Below are positions 1 through 12,654 of a stretch of DNA of 64,000 nt, piece after piece (position 1 is the first letter of the stretch; every line of letters begins with the position of its first letter). Position numbers and translations under genes: made by a program. This stretch comes from the human T2T-CHM13v2.0 reference genome, Homo sapiens, in assembly GCF_009914755.1 (NCBI RefSeq), contig NC_060940.1; one strand, 5' to 3'. Under the pieces are notes generated by a model. That model worked only from the letters and a program-made list of their open reading frames with translations, was not told the DNA's origin and searched no databases.

Positions 1-264
1 GAGCATCATTTCCTAATGCTACTAAGAGAACACAGGACCCTGCTAAAAGACAGAAAACAGTTTGGCTGCAGATGGGGAGAACCGAGACAATGCTCTTTTT
101 GCAAACCTAGAGGCAACCACCCTGAATTATAGCAAACTACATTTCTCCAGCACACCAGACCGAAAGCCTCATTGTCCTTCGCTATTTGAACCTCAGTGAG
201 ATAAGAGGCTGCTTTTTCAGCTGTCCAATATGTCTCTCGCCATCACATGCAGATTTAGCTTCTT

Positions 265-400
265 TTGTAAGAGCAGCGGAAGCTCTGAGAGCAAGGGTTT
301 CTGTGCCTTGTTCACTGCTGTATCTCCCGTTTCTAGAATAATGCCTGGAAGAGAGTATGAGCTCAATCCGTATTTGTGGAGGGAATATGTGAGTGAATGG
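265..400 (+). mobile_element. L2 (LINE-2) 3'-end fragment
   Basis: 'ttgttcactgctgtatctccc...gcctggaagagagtatgagctcaat...gaatg' resembles the L2 3' terminus; boundaries approximate. Confidence 0.6.
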
Positions 401-837
401 ATGGTGTATTCAGGGATACTTTCCTCCCATATTCTTGTGCCTCCCTCTCAGAGTAGAACTGGTTGGTCAGGACATAAAACTGAATGAGTTACACCTAATG
501 TCTGCTATGTTTGGGAAGAGAATGATGGTGAAGGAATTGGTCTCACTTCGTTTTCATGAACCTAGAATGCAGGTACCAAAAGGAAAAGGGATCACGAAAA
601 GACATAAAGGAAAGTGTAAGTCTAAGCATGTTAAATGTTCAATCTCTTACAAAGAATAAACAGCAAAGCTCAGGTGAGGACTCCAGCCAATTGTGCAGGA
701 CAGAATCATCAAACAGCTGCTTCTTGCTGGAACCTGCACTGTTACAGGGGGCCTCAGTCTCTCGGTAGTTGTCTTCTTCTTTTTCTAATTGTCCCCCTAG
801 ACTGCAAGGACTTTGAGAAAAGTTCTGAATTTTTCAA

Positions 838-1100
838 GGGGAAAAAAAAATTTAAAAAGCGGGAAGGAAACATGGCGAAAAAGAGACAGAGAAAGAGACA
901 CAGAGAGAAAGACAAAAAGAGACAAGCAAAGAAGGGGAGAGATAGCAAAAGAGAAAAAAAAATTTTTAAAGAGAAAGAAAATGAAGGCAAGAAAGGGAAA
1001 AAGAAAGACGAAAAGTAAAAAATAGGCAAGAAAGAATGAAATAAAGCTGGAGAGAGAAGGCAAGAAAGAGAAAAAGAAAAAGAGAACAACAACAGCAAAG
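838..1100. repeat. GA-rich low-complexity purine tract
   Basis: ~260 bp almost entirely A/G on the + strand; source of the spurious Lys/Arg- and Phe/Leu/Ser-rich ORFs. Confidence 0.85.
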
Positions 1101-1689
1101 ATTGCCAGGGATCTGAGCATAGAGGGAAAGTAGCAGCAGGGGGATCACAAGCCCCAAACCATCTCTGTTTTATTTTCTTTCTTTCCTGCCTCTGCCCTCA
1201 CCATCTCCGGCCTGCATTTTTCAGCACTTCATTCTACTCAGCCTCTTGCAAAGCCCAAAGGGTGCAAGACCACAGTGTCAGGAAGAGGCTTTTTTTTTTT
1301 TTTTCCCCCTTTCCAGTCTTGGCGTAGAGCCTCCGGTGAACATGTCATGGATGGAGGCCAGACACTGTCTCACAAACAACTCGCAGAAGCAAGCCGGGGC
1401 CCGCCAATAGGCTCACAGCTTCCTCCCCTGCATGGCTTTGGTGTCAAACGAATCGTTCCTAGGACTTCATGTAGCGTGTGCTGTTTTATGTCCCCAGCAT
1501 ACACCCACAGGCTCTAAATCCAGGCACTGTCTTATTGATGGCTAGGCCTGGAGAAGGGCTTCCCCCAGGGATAGTGTGAACGCCAACATTTGGCAGAGTA
1601 GGAAGGAAGACTGGAGAAGGCCATCGGGATTGCTTCTTCTGCCATAAAAATATTTACAGAGCTGGTAGATTGCAGTGGGTAAGGCTGGA

Positions 1690-2010
1690 GGCTCCAGGAG
1701 GCCTTCATTTAAATCCTTATGCTGACGTTGTCCAGCCATGCACAGTATTGCACAAGTTATTTGACTATCTGTGCGTCAGTTTCCCCAACAGACAAATGAG
1801 GATACTTATAGTACTAAATTTATTGGAGTTCTTTTGAGCATTAAATAAAACTGGTCGTTCATTTAACATATATTTATTGAGCAGTTACTGTTGCCTTGGG
1901 ATATTCCTCTTAGAGCTCACTCGGGGGAGATTCTAATAAAAGTAATAATAAAACAAACATCCCACGGAAGTTGCTGAGCAGAGTATCTGGTGCATCATAG
2001 AGAAATATTT
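1690..2010 (+). mobile_element. MIR, apparently interrupted by a short minus-strand L2 tail (~1855-1950)
   Basis: MIR core 'cacaagttatttgactatctgtgcgtcagtttcccc...aaatgagga'; L2 tail 'ttcatttaacatatatttattgagc'. Confidence 0.55.
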
Positions 2011-2019
2011 GCTGTGATT

Positions 2020-2250
2020 AATTGAGGAGCTTCCATGTAACAGGCACTGTCATAGAACTTTAATTGTATTCACCATGACATCAAATCTTCATAATAATAC
2101 GACAATGCAGTTATTAAAAACATTCTCATTCTTTTACAAACGAGGATACTGAACTCAGAAGCTTGAAGTGAGCTTGCCTTATGTCACATAATTAGAAAAT
2201 AAGGAAGCTGGATTTGGGACACAGATCCATTGAACTAAAACCCAAGCCTT
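2020..2250 (-). mobile_element. MIR
   Basis: Reverse-strand MIR core 'ttttacaaacgaggatactgaactcaga...cttgccttatgtcaca'. Confidence 0.65.
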
Positions 2251-2896
2251 CAAATAGTGTGTCTCTGTATCTGCACAATCATAGGTTGTGGACAATTCTA
2301 GCTTAGGTGAAGCAAGGGGCTGCCCAGTGCACAGAGTGCTGTTTCCCTTGCTCAAGTTTCTAGTAGGATCATTGACTGGAATTTTACTTCCTCCTTTGTC
2401 CTAACTATTTCTAATAGGTCCTTTCCAGAGATAATTTTTTTTCACCTATCTGGAAATAAAATGGGCTAAGGTTTTAGCAGAGGGAAGGAAATGAGAAAAG
2501 GAAAATCTGGACCCCAACTAACTGAATGTTCATCATAGGTGTTTAATGTTCCCTTCGCAGACAAGTAAAAAACACAACCCGGTGAATAGTGAAAGACTGG
2601 GAGGTGACGCTTAGCAATGCAGGTCAGGTCCCAGCAACGGGGGTTCACCTGAGCCAAGCCTGCATCAAGCCAACAGCAAAGCAACTGGTTGGAGTTGTTA
2701 GATGGGTGTGGTGGACGTGGAGGAGTGGAGCGCCATGAGATAGCAAGTGAACATGCCACTTGGCTTCGTGGTTCATGGGTAAAAACCCAAGTCAGCTACT
2801 GTTAGATCTTGGCATAAACAACTCTAACTATGTAAAGTTGTTATCACTAAATTAGCATCTATTAAAAGCCTATAATTATTATTTTTACTCGTGGGA

Positions 2897-2928
2897 TGTG
2901 TGTGTGTCTGTGTGTGTGGTGTGTGTGT
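2897..2928. repeat. imperfect (TG)n microsatellite
   Basis: tgtgtgtgtgtctgtgtgtgtggtgtgtgtgt. Confidence 0.85.
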
Positions 2929-3959
2929 CCTCTTTTAAACCCCGTTTATAAGCATCCACTTAATTCATTTTTGATCAGACTGAACAGGGGCCAAGCCTTT
3001 TTAGCTAATATAGGCATTGGCTCGGTGTCAGATGTCCAGGATTTGGAGAAACTCAAACGACTTGCTCCTGCTCTGCTTTCTTTTTTAAAAAAAAACTCAA
3101 CTATTTAGAGTCATCCCCCAATGAAAACCCTACTTTTAAAAAAGCTCAGCATTCCCCCCACAATTTCTCCTTTCTTTCAACTCTGATTACACTGTCCCAC
3201 TTTAAGTTGCTTTGTATTTTTTCAAATTATTTCACTTACACTAAATTTGCTTGTAGACTAAACTAGTTCTTCTTAACAGAAAAGAAAGTTCCTTCCTCTC
3301 TCCCTTGTTTCTTTTATTGCCTGGTGGACTTGAGATGGTTTTGAAAAATAAACACACAAAAAATAAAAAGAAGGAATTGGTTCGAATGAGAAAATAAGAG
3401 TAGAGAAATAAGATCAGGGTAATATTAGCATAGAAACTGTGAATTCTATCATCCTGTGCAAATTCTAGAAGTGGAGTGCAAATGTGACTCAGAGGTAGCT
3501 AGCTTTCAAGGCAAGCATACATCTTCAGTTACAAAGTTTGCATTGCTCATAAGATATATCAAACTAGGAAAAGCACAGAATTTCCGGATATTGAGGTCAG
3601 AGAGACATTTCTTCCATGGGTCTACATGAAAAGAAACTGTCATAGACTCAAGGTCATCTTCAGTGATCTCAATTGCACCAGAAGGGAGTTCCCCATATGA
3701 TGATCTTACATCAACCTCCAACTCATGTCCCCAAGCAGGATGCCAAGTCAAATCTGTGTTGGTCAACCACTTCTGATGGTTTTGGCAGGGGCTAGGCCCT
3801 TTCGTCTTTGGTGTTCTTCATGGCAGGTACCACATGGCTGGACACACGAGGTTAACAAAGGAGTTTTGAGTTTGACTTCATAAGGACAATCCTCCCTGAC
3901 AAGTGACATCCTTATTATAAGATGCCAGTGACTTGAAGGATTCTTTCCTCTCTAGTTCC

Positions 3960-4710
<751 letters not shown>

Positions 4711-5590
4711 TTGGGTATCAGGAGGTAACCCTGATCCTTCAAATAAATTTACTTTGTTTTGCCTAAAAGGCTCAAGTTGGTTTCTGGCATTCATCAATGT
4801 AATACAACAAAAACAAAAATAACCTTAATTCATACTTTGCTTTATAGTTTACTCATTTTTATGTGAACATAACACTTTTATTTTCAATGAGCAATTATGT
4901 AACATTGACAGTCTCTGAGAAGTCATGGGGGGCTAAGGCAAATGGGAGCAGCTAAGAGAACTAGAAGGGATGGGTGTCCTGGGGAGAGTATTGGGGAAGA
5001 ATGACAAGAAGGAATTGAAGAAAAGAGGATGGTGCAATAGGATGGAGTCATAATATTGGAAATTATTGGAGAGGGAGGAACAGGGAGGCCAAGGAGGAGC
5101 TGGGAAGACTAGGAGGAGAAGTCTTCATGCAAGGGCATTCAGGGAGGCACTGGGGGAACTTGGAAGGAGCAGAAAGTCCTGGGAAAATAGGAGCCGTAGG
5201 GTGCCCGGGAGCGATGGAGTTGTAATACGTGACCCTGATGGCCAGTGTGCATCCCTAATATCCCAGGGGCACAGCACAGCCTGACAAAGAAGTCTGTCAG
5301 GTGGAGCAACCAGGGGTGGACTTAATGTAAAGCAATGATGGCCACAGAGTAGGGAGAATCACCCTTGACTGGCAAATTGAGCAGTTGGGTGGCTGCTTGT
5401 GTAGCTCCAGTGAGAAACAAAGGGTCCCTGATCAAAGATCAAGTCTCACCCACCCTAGGGTTCTCAGATTCAAAGACTTCTGAGTAAATGTCAGCCTTTC
5501 TGTCCCCTTCAGTCTGGATCAGACACATGCTGGTGCCCACAGCATCACTCACTCCTTACAAAACCACTCATGACATGTACTGCTCATTGA

Positions 5591-5906
<316 letters not shown>

Positions 5907-6679
5907 TCTTCCTTCTTTATCGCTACACTGGGAGGCCCACGAGGGGTGTGGACAGGGCTGCCTGGTTCATGTGCTGTCTGCAGGGCTCCCATGGCCCCCA
6001 AAACCCAGGACAGCAACTACTCAATAGCACGTTGAATCTGTGCAAGAAAAAACAAATCAAAGAGGGAGCCAACAGAAACTATTTGGAAAGAAAATCAACA
6101 TATCTATGTTAACAACTGACTTTCATTCAGCAAATATTTATGCAGTGAGGATTAGGCATCCCGCAGAGGGCTGGGCGTGGAGACGGCCTCTGGTTTGTCT
6201 TTCCCCTCCCCACCCCACATAACCATGTCCAGCTTAGCTGCCTTTCCATCCACTGCTCAACCTCCATCGGGGACCTCCTTTTATCCATATTTTTCCATGA
6301 ACTAGAATAGAACATGGGCAAATTTTCAACCTCATGTCCCTATCTTGGTTCACTGAAAGGTATTTACCATCTTGGAGAAAATCCTTCTTTTTTTCTTATA
6401 TATTTAATATGAAAATATGAGATTTAATCCTTTACTTAGTGGCTCTCTGGCCAACAATTGTTGGAAATGATTATCAGCTGACAACTTCACTTCCCTCCAA
6501 GACTGTGAGGGCTCCAGGAAAGACTCAGTACCAAGCATAACTTGGGAGAAGGAGCTCAGCCTGCATTTCCGTCCTCACTTTCAAGCTGCCAGCATTTTTA
6601 ATGGGAAACCAGGCCCATGTCAGAGTAGGAGGAGGAGAAGGGGACATTTTGAAACCGAGAAGACACATCCATAAGCCAG

Positions 6680-7130
6680 CAGGCTGACCACATTATCTAA
6701 ACGGCTATTTTATAGCAATATTATGCACTCAATTAAAAAAACGTTGAAAGTAAAAAATGTACAAAGATAAGGCCCTGGTGAGGGAGTGGAACCCTGACAG
6801 GCCTTTCTTTCCCCCTCGTAGGAGATACTTTTCTTGATTTTGAAACTGAAAATGCTACAGTCAGCAGCAGCTTAATTCCACATTGCAATTAGGGTTATGC
6901 ATTAAACCAGGCCTCTGAAGACGACTACCCTAAAGGAACTCAGACTAAATGAAAACCAGACATGTGGCCAGGGCAGTTGGCACCAGCCAGCAACCCAATA
7001 TATAGTAACTATAGATTTAAAATGAAAATTAAAAGCAGTCATTACAGTTAAATTAATGTCATATTCACCAGCTGTTTATTGAAAAGGAAAAGAAAGGAAG
7101 TGATGTGGGAATTCTAGAGGCTGTTTACAC
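6680..7130. promoter_or_regulatory. candidate conserved non-coding/enhancer-like block
   Basis: No recognisable repeat; many TAAT/ATTA cores, ttatgcattaa, tgtttatt (FOX-like). Inferred from composition only. Confidence 0.25.
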
Positions 7131-7234
7131 TACTCTGTCTGTAGTTCAACGAAGATGGGTGAGCTATTCGCTTATTGAAGGGAAGGGCTGTCAACACACC
7201 TTTGATTTCTGGCTCAAGTTTGTGCTTTTTAGTG

Positions 7235-7428
7235 TCTACATTGGGGCTCCTTAGTCTAGAGGCTAAATCAGAATCACCCAAGTTGATTTTAACATCTACA
7301 TGACGATACCCAGCCCCTACTCTGTGAATTCTGGTGAACTAAAATGAAGGTGGGACATGGGAATCTAGATTTTTACAATTCTCTACCAGTGTTTCTAAAA
7401 GCTGCTGGCCTGGGTTGAAAACAGCTGA
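7235..7428. mobile_element. MER5-family hAT-Charlie relic
   Basis: 'aatcagaatcaccc...aggtgggacatgggaatctagatttttac...gggttgaaaacagctg'. Confidence 0.55.
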
Positions 7429-7859
7429 GTTCCCAATTTTGGTCTCCTTCTAGCTGGCTCCACCTGTGAGCTTGGGGGTTCCTTCTACCAAAATCTCCTT
7501 CCCCCCTTTTTTCAATGGGATCATTCCCTTCTCTCTCAACTCTCCCTGAAAGTTGGTTACCCCATCTAAATCCCCACCATCAACCTCCACCAATGAATCT
7601 ATCCCATTTCCATTATATTTATCTCACGGCACTTACTATCTAAAATGGTCCTGTTGCTCTTCTCAGAAATACCTGCAGCAGCAATTTAACCCAGTAGAAT
7701 AAACACACTGAGAAGAAGCCCTGGACCTTCCAGGCTGCATCTAGTGCCTTGCACACCACTGACCTCAATAGTTTAATTTAAGAATGAATGACCAGGTTGT
7801 GTCATTTCGGATAGTCTCAGGTAGTTCTTACGCAGAGGAAAATAAGCTGTATGATCCCG

Positions 7860-8050
7860 TCAGTCTCAAACGTTAAGCTTCTAGCACAGACGCATATTAG
7901 AATACCCGGGGAGAGGTGAAAATTTACCAACCTCAGAGCCCCACTTCCAGACACTGTGATTTAATTGGTCTAGGGTAGGTCTCAGGCATCAGTGTTGGTG
8001 AAAAGCCCCTAGGGAGGTTTCCGTGTATAGCCAAGTTTGAGAATCAGTAC
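7860..8050. mobile_element. MER5-family (MER5B-like) relic
   Basis: 'ttagaatacccgggga...gatttaattggtctagggtaggtctcaggcatcag...ccaagtttgagaatcag'. Confidence 0.65.
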
Positions 8051-8114
8051 CTTCCTGTTTGTATAAAAGTCTATGGTTGAGGCAGTTTGGGAGAAAAACA
8101 GAGAACAAATGTAG

Positions 8115-8278
8115 TAGACCTCACTACTCAAACCTCAGACCAACAGACTAGGCATTACCTGGGAGCCGGGAGAAATGATAGCACCCAGGCCCTCCGCATG
8201 CCTCTCACTGAAAACCTGCATTGTGACAAGGTCAAAGGTGACTGACATGTGCATTAGGTTTCTAGGAGAACTACTCTT
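8115..8278 (+). mobile_element. MER5A relic
   Basis: 'actcaaa...ggcattacctgggag...agaaatg...ctgcattgtgacaagg...aggtgact...gagaactact'. Confidence 0.6.
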
Positions 8279-8554
8279 AGAGGTAAGCGAGCTAATATGC
8301 CTGAAGACCAGTCATCCCTGGAGACCCAGAGAGGACATATTTTGAGTTAGGCGTGTCAATTGTGGAATGTGCGTTGAAGTATCTATTCCTTCTATTTGGT
8401 TAAACAGAGTTTCATCTCTGGAGCTATCAGCCTCCTAGTTGCCTTTGTGTCCCCTTTATTGGCAAGGGGCCTGATGCTCTCTGCCTTCTCTCATGAGTGT
8501 CTTTCACGCTAACGTGTACAAGATTGCCAAAAGCATAGGGAGTTTCCACTTTGG

Positions 8555-8740
8555 ACAATGAGGGTTTGAGTCTTGGCCTTGCTACTTACTGGCTACAAAA
8601 ACTTGAGCAAGTCCCTGACATCCCCCCGATCTTCAGATTTGTCATACATAAGAAAGAAACAATAGTCCTTGCACGGCCCATCCTGCAGGGCTGCTTTGAG
8701 GATCAAATGAGATACTTTACATAAATGAAGGGGCGTGTAT
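8555..8740 (+). mobile_element. MIR
   Basis: 'gggtttgagtcttggccttgctacttactggc...cttgagcaagtc...gaggatcaaatgagata'. Confidence 0.65.
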
Positions 8741-9170
8741 TTATCATCACTGACTTTGCATGACTCACAGCATTCTGACTTCATAAAAGCCTTGTTTGGA
8801 GAGGATGGAAAGGTGCAGGTGTATATGCAATTTCAGGATTGCTCCAGGAAATAGCCTGTTGAGAATTCAGTGCTAGGAGAAAGCTGTGCTTTCCAAATGA
8901 ATCCTATGCCTTCTAAAAAGACATCCATATGATCCACATATATTTTCTTTCTTTGCCTTAGCTGCCAGGGAGCTAGCAGTTAAATTAGGTGGCTCACAGC
9001 AATCATTAGCTCTTCTCTATTTTCTCTACAAATGTATCTGCAATATTTTTTTTTCCAGAGTAAGGTAAGAGTAAATCAATTATGATATTAATAATAATAC
9101 AAAGAAACATGAGTTGCAACTCTAATCAAATACTCACATAATGTTTTGGCCAGTGTTCATTTGTTTAGAC

Positions 9171-9485
9171 CAGCACTATCTAATAAAAATAAAATGTGAG
9201 GTTTTTACATCATTTTAAATGTTTTAGTGGCCACAAATAAAAAAATTAAAGTAGAAATAGGTAATGTTTATTTTAATATAATTAAGCCAATATTGCCAAA
9301 ATATTACTGCTTCAAAATGTAACCAACAGAAAAAATTATTGAGTTATTTTACATTCTTTTCCGACATTAAACCCGCAAAACTCAGTAGGTGTTTTGTATT
9401 TACAGCTCTTTTCAATTGAGACTGTCCACATTTCAAGTGCTCTCTAGCCGCATGTGGCCAGTGATGGCCCTATTGGACAGCACAG
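9171..9485 (-). mobile_element. MER33 (hAT-Charlie)
   Basis: Termini cagcactatctaata / tattggacagcacag; internal 'ccacatttcaagtgctc'; NTYTAGAN-like target sites gtttagac / gttagac on the flanks. Confidence 0.8.
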
Positions 9486-9509
9486 GTTAGACAATGATGT
9501 TCAAAAGGA

Positions 9510-9730
9510 GAGTTGTAATTACATCCACCACTTATTGCAGGTATATTTTGTGCTTTATAAGCATTGTTAATTGCTTTAAGAACACTTTCAGCTAGGAGCT
9601 ACCATCTTTCATTTGCAGATGAGAAAACAGCTATTCAGATAAGGAGATAATTTATCTAAAATTGAAGAGCAGAGCTGGAATCCAAACCTGCATCCAGAAA
9701 ACAGGGTCCATAATCACCATTCTGTACTCT
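9510..9730 (-). mobile_element. MIR
   Basis: 'catttgcagatgagaaaacag...gcagagctggaatccaaacc'. Confidence 0.65.
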
Positions 9731-9939
9731 TTTCTCCTGTGCTGATTTGAGAATATTCTTAAGATTAGGGAACCTGAATGTGTAGCTCCAGTGGGGTGTG
9801 GCTCTCTGTCTGAACTCACAGCTAATTCCAGCCACACAATCCAGGGACTCTCTGGAAAGATGAGAGTGAAGCCTCCACCCACCACGGTGTTGGCATCTCC
9901 CCACCAAACCACCGCCTTCAACCTGTGCAGCTCAGATGA

Positions 9940-10720
9940 GAAGTTTGGAAGAAGCAATTATGATTTTATTGCACCCACTGTGCTGACGATTAATGCTGAG
10001 TGCGGGTGGAAAATGCACCCTCTCATTTGCTAACACGCACTATAATTATGCATGCCTCTCCAGGTACTATAATTTAGGACTTAAAAAAGCCCCATTTTGA
10101 ACAAGTACTGCTGCACTTGTAAAACATTACAGATGTGTTATCATATAAATGAGATAGCTGTGACATGATGGCGTGATAATAAATTCCCAACTTAGATTTG
10201 GAGACAAGATATGTCAAAAGCAAATCCACACTGCCACTTAATCTTCTACATAAACTGTTTATTTTTTCTGAGTCCTACAATAATACATGTCAGACGGCTT
10301 TGATAGTTTCCAGATTAATGTGTTTTCCCCCTTCAGGTCATCACAAGACTAGTCATTTCATTAAATTAACTCTGCGAGTTGCAAGGTGGAAACATGCTGA
10401 AAAACATAACTGTTCACACCAAATTGGTTGCCAGCAAGATGGAATTAATAAATAAAACTGATTTCCCCCCATTTCCAGGGATGGTTGGAAATGCCATTCG
10501 GAACTGCATCTTGATTTTCCGAGCTCCCATCGGGAATGGTGAACCCCGCAATTATGCATGTGCCAGTTGTAAGATGCTCTCACCCAAAGCCATTTGTTTG
10601 ATGTCTGATGGATTCCACACCCTTCCCATGATGCCTCTGAGATGGAGTTGGGCCTCATCAGCCCACACCCTTATTAAAAAACATGGCACCTGCAAAAGCA
10701 GAGACCTCTCCATTAAAGCT
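9940..10720. promoter_or_regulatory. candidate conserved enhancer-like block (POU/homeodomain motif-rich)
   Basis: Repeat-free; AATTATGCATG twice (~10044 and ~10550), ttttattg, tgtttatt, many TAAT cores. Confidence 0.35.
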
Positions 10721-10990
10721 TCCCTCTGCTCTTCTCCCCAAGGTGAAATCCACCACCAACAGAACATGTACTTTCACACCTGTGTGGGTTTCAGGAGCTT
10801 TAGGTTAGACATCTGACCAACTCACCACCCCACCCAAAACCCAGTTTTCAAATTTGAAAGCCCTCAAAACTACCCTAACCTGCCCAATAATTTAATAAGT
10901 AGCCACACCAAGGATGTGTCAATCCAGGAAATCTATTTGACAGTATGGGAAAGGGTTCCCATAAGCCCCCAGTTTCCCAACTTGATAGAG

Positions 10991-11344
10991 CAGAGATTGA
11001 CACAAGTTTTCTGCAAAAAGTCAGATACGAAACATTTTAGACTTTGCAGGTCAACCCAGTCTTCACCTCAACTGGCCAACCCTGCCATTGGAACAGAAAA
11101 GCTGCCACAGCCATATAAACAAGGGAGCATGGCTGTGCATGAGTAAAATGCATTTACAGACGCTGAAATTTGAACTTTATATAATTTTTTATTACGTGTT
11201 TAACTAAATACTTCTCATGTATCACTAGATATTGTTATTTTAATTGTTCTCCTATTTTTTAAATGTAGAAAGCATTCTTGTGAGCTGTACAAAAACAGGT
11301 GGTAGGCCACATTTGGGAAACCAGCTGTGGTTGACTGGCTCCTG
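10991..11344 (-). mobile_element. MER58B (hAT-Charlie)
   Basis: 'ttttctgcaaaaagtcagata...ttttagactttgcagg...tgaaatttgaacttt...aaaaacaggtggtaggccacattt'. Confidence 0.75.
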
Positions 11345-11707
11345 GGATACAGGCATTGGGTTGAGTGGCCTCACCACACATGCCTATTCCAGCACCAATA
11401 TCCAAAGATGCTCTTCAACCCAGAACTGCTGCTTGAGGTGCATAGAAGGCATAAGGTGTCATTTCTTCCCAAGTCACCAACCTTCTGAGAGGCCAGTGAG
11501 AAATTCATATAAGAGACAGGCTCCTGGATTCAACACTGAAGGAGCCACAGAGGAAATCTCAAGACCCCCGAGTGAATTTTCACTATGTAGGCAGAGCAGA
11601 AAGTGTGCGGAGTCAGAGGAGAAGGTTCGCAGAAATAACAAGGCATTCACCAGCACAGGGTTGGAGTATGTTGTGATGAGAAACAATTCATTGGCATCTT
11701 CTCCCAC

Positions 11708-12070
11708 TGTATTGGTCCATTTTTACACCGCTATGAGGAACTGCCTGCAACTGGGTAATTTATAAAGAAAAGAGGTTTGATTGACTCATAATTCCACATA
11801 GCTGGGGAGGTCTTAGAAAACACAATCATGACAAAAGGGGACGCAGGCACATCTTACATGGTGGCAGGGGAGAGAGCATATGTGAGCACAGGAAAAACTA
11901 CCATCTATAAAACCATCAGATGTCATGAGAATTCCCTCACTATCACGAGAACAACATGAGAGAAACTGCCCCCCATAATCCAATCACCTCCCACCAGGTG
12001 TCTCCCTCAATACCAAGGGATTACAATTCAAGATGTGATGTGGGTGGGAACACAAAGCCTAACCATATCA
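11708..12070 (-). mobile_element. THE1D-like MaLR solo LTR
   Basis: TG...CA ends (tgtattggtcc...aaccatatca), THE1 motifs 'gggtaatttataaagaaaagaggttt' and 'attacaattcaagatg'; perfect 5-bp TSD cccac at 11703-11707 and 12071-12075. Confidence 0.9.
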
Positions 12071-12654
12071 CCCACTGCGTTACAAGGGAGCTTCAGAATC
12101 TTTCTCAACCTAGTGACCTACAGAGACACTAGGAACAGCGCGATGCAAGCACACAAAGCGTTTGCTGTTATTTTTCTTTTCTCTTTCTGGAAAAAGGAAT
12201 ACAGGATACTCGGTGGAAGGTGAGTTGTGATGCAGGTGTTTGTTCTTCAAGGAGAACTGAGGTTAAAGGTGATAAAGGTGGTGGATGAGAAGCAGGAATT
12301 TGAGAAGAAATATTTTTTCCCTGTTTTTATTCTTCAGGTCTTTCTCCCAGTGGAGAAATCACTTGGGCCACTTCTGCATCTAGAGTGTCAGACCCAAGCT
12401 AGGAAAAAGAATCATCTTTAAAAGTATGTCATCAGCACTCAAGACCTTTAATGAGCCAGCGGAATTGGTCTCCTGGTCCTCTCCTCACTCCACAGAGACT
12501 GAAAACGTAAGTCCTAGTTTTACTCCCTAGTGGCTGCATGTAAGATGCAAATCTGGCCATTGATTATAAACATATTCTCCTCTCAGAGTGGGGATTTAAA
12601 AATGTCTGCTAGGAGAGCAGAAATCTGGACCTTCATTTAAATGAACTGTGTATT

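Noticed and set aside
635-1157. Overlapping 60-127 aa ORFs rich in K/R/E or F/L/S
   Set aside because: Produced by the stop-poor GA-rich tract; no domain or exon structure
11244-11765. 173-aa ORF
   Set aside because: Non-ATG start, runs from MER58B into THE1D, no recognisable protein
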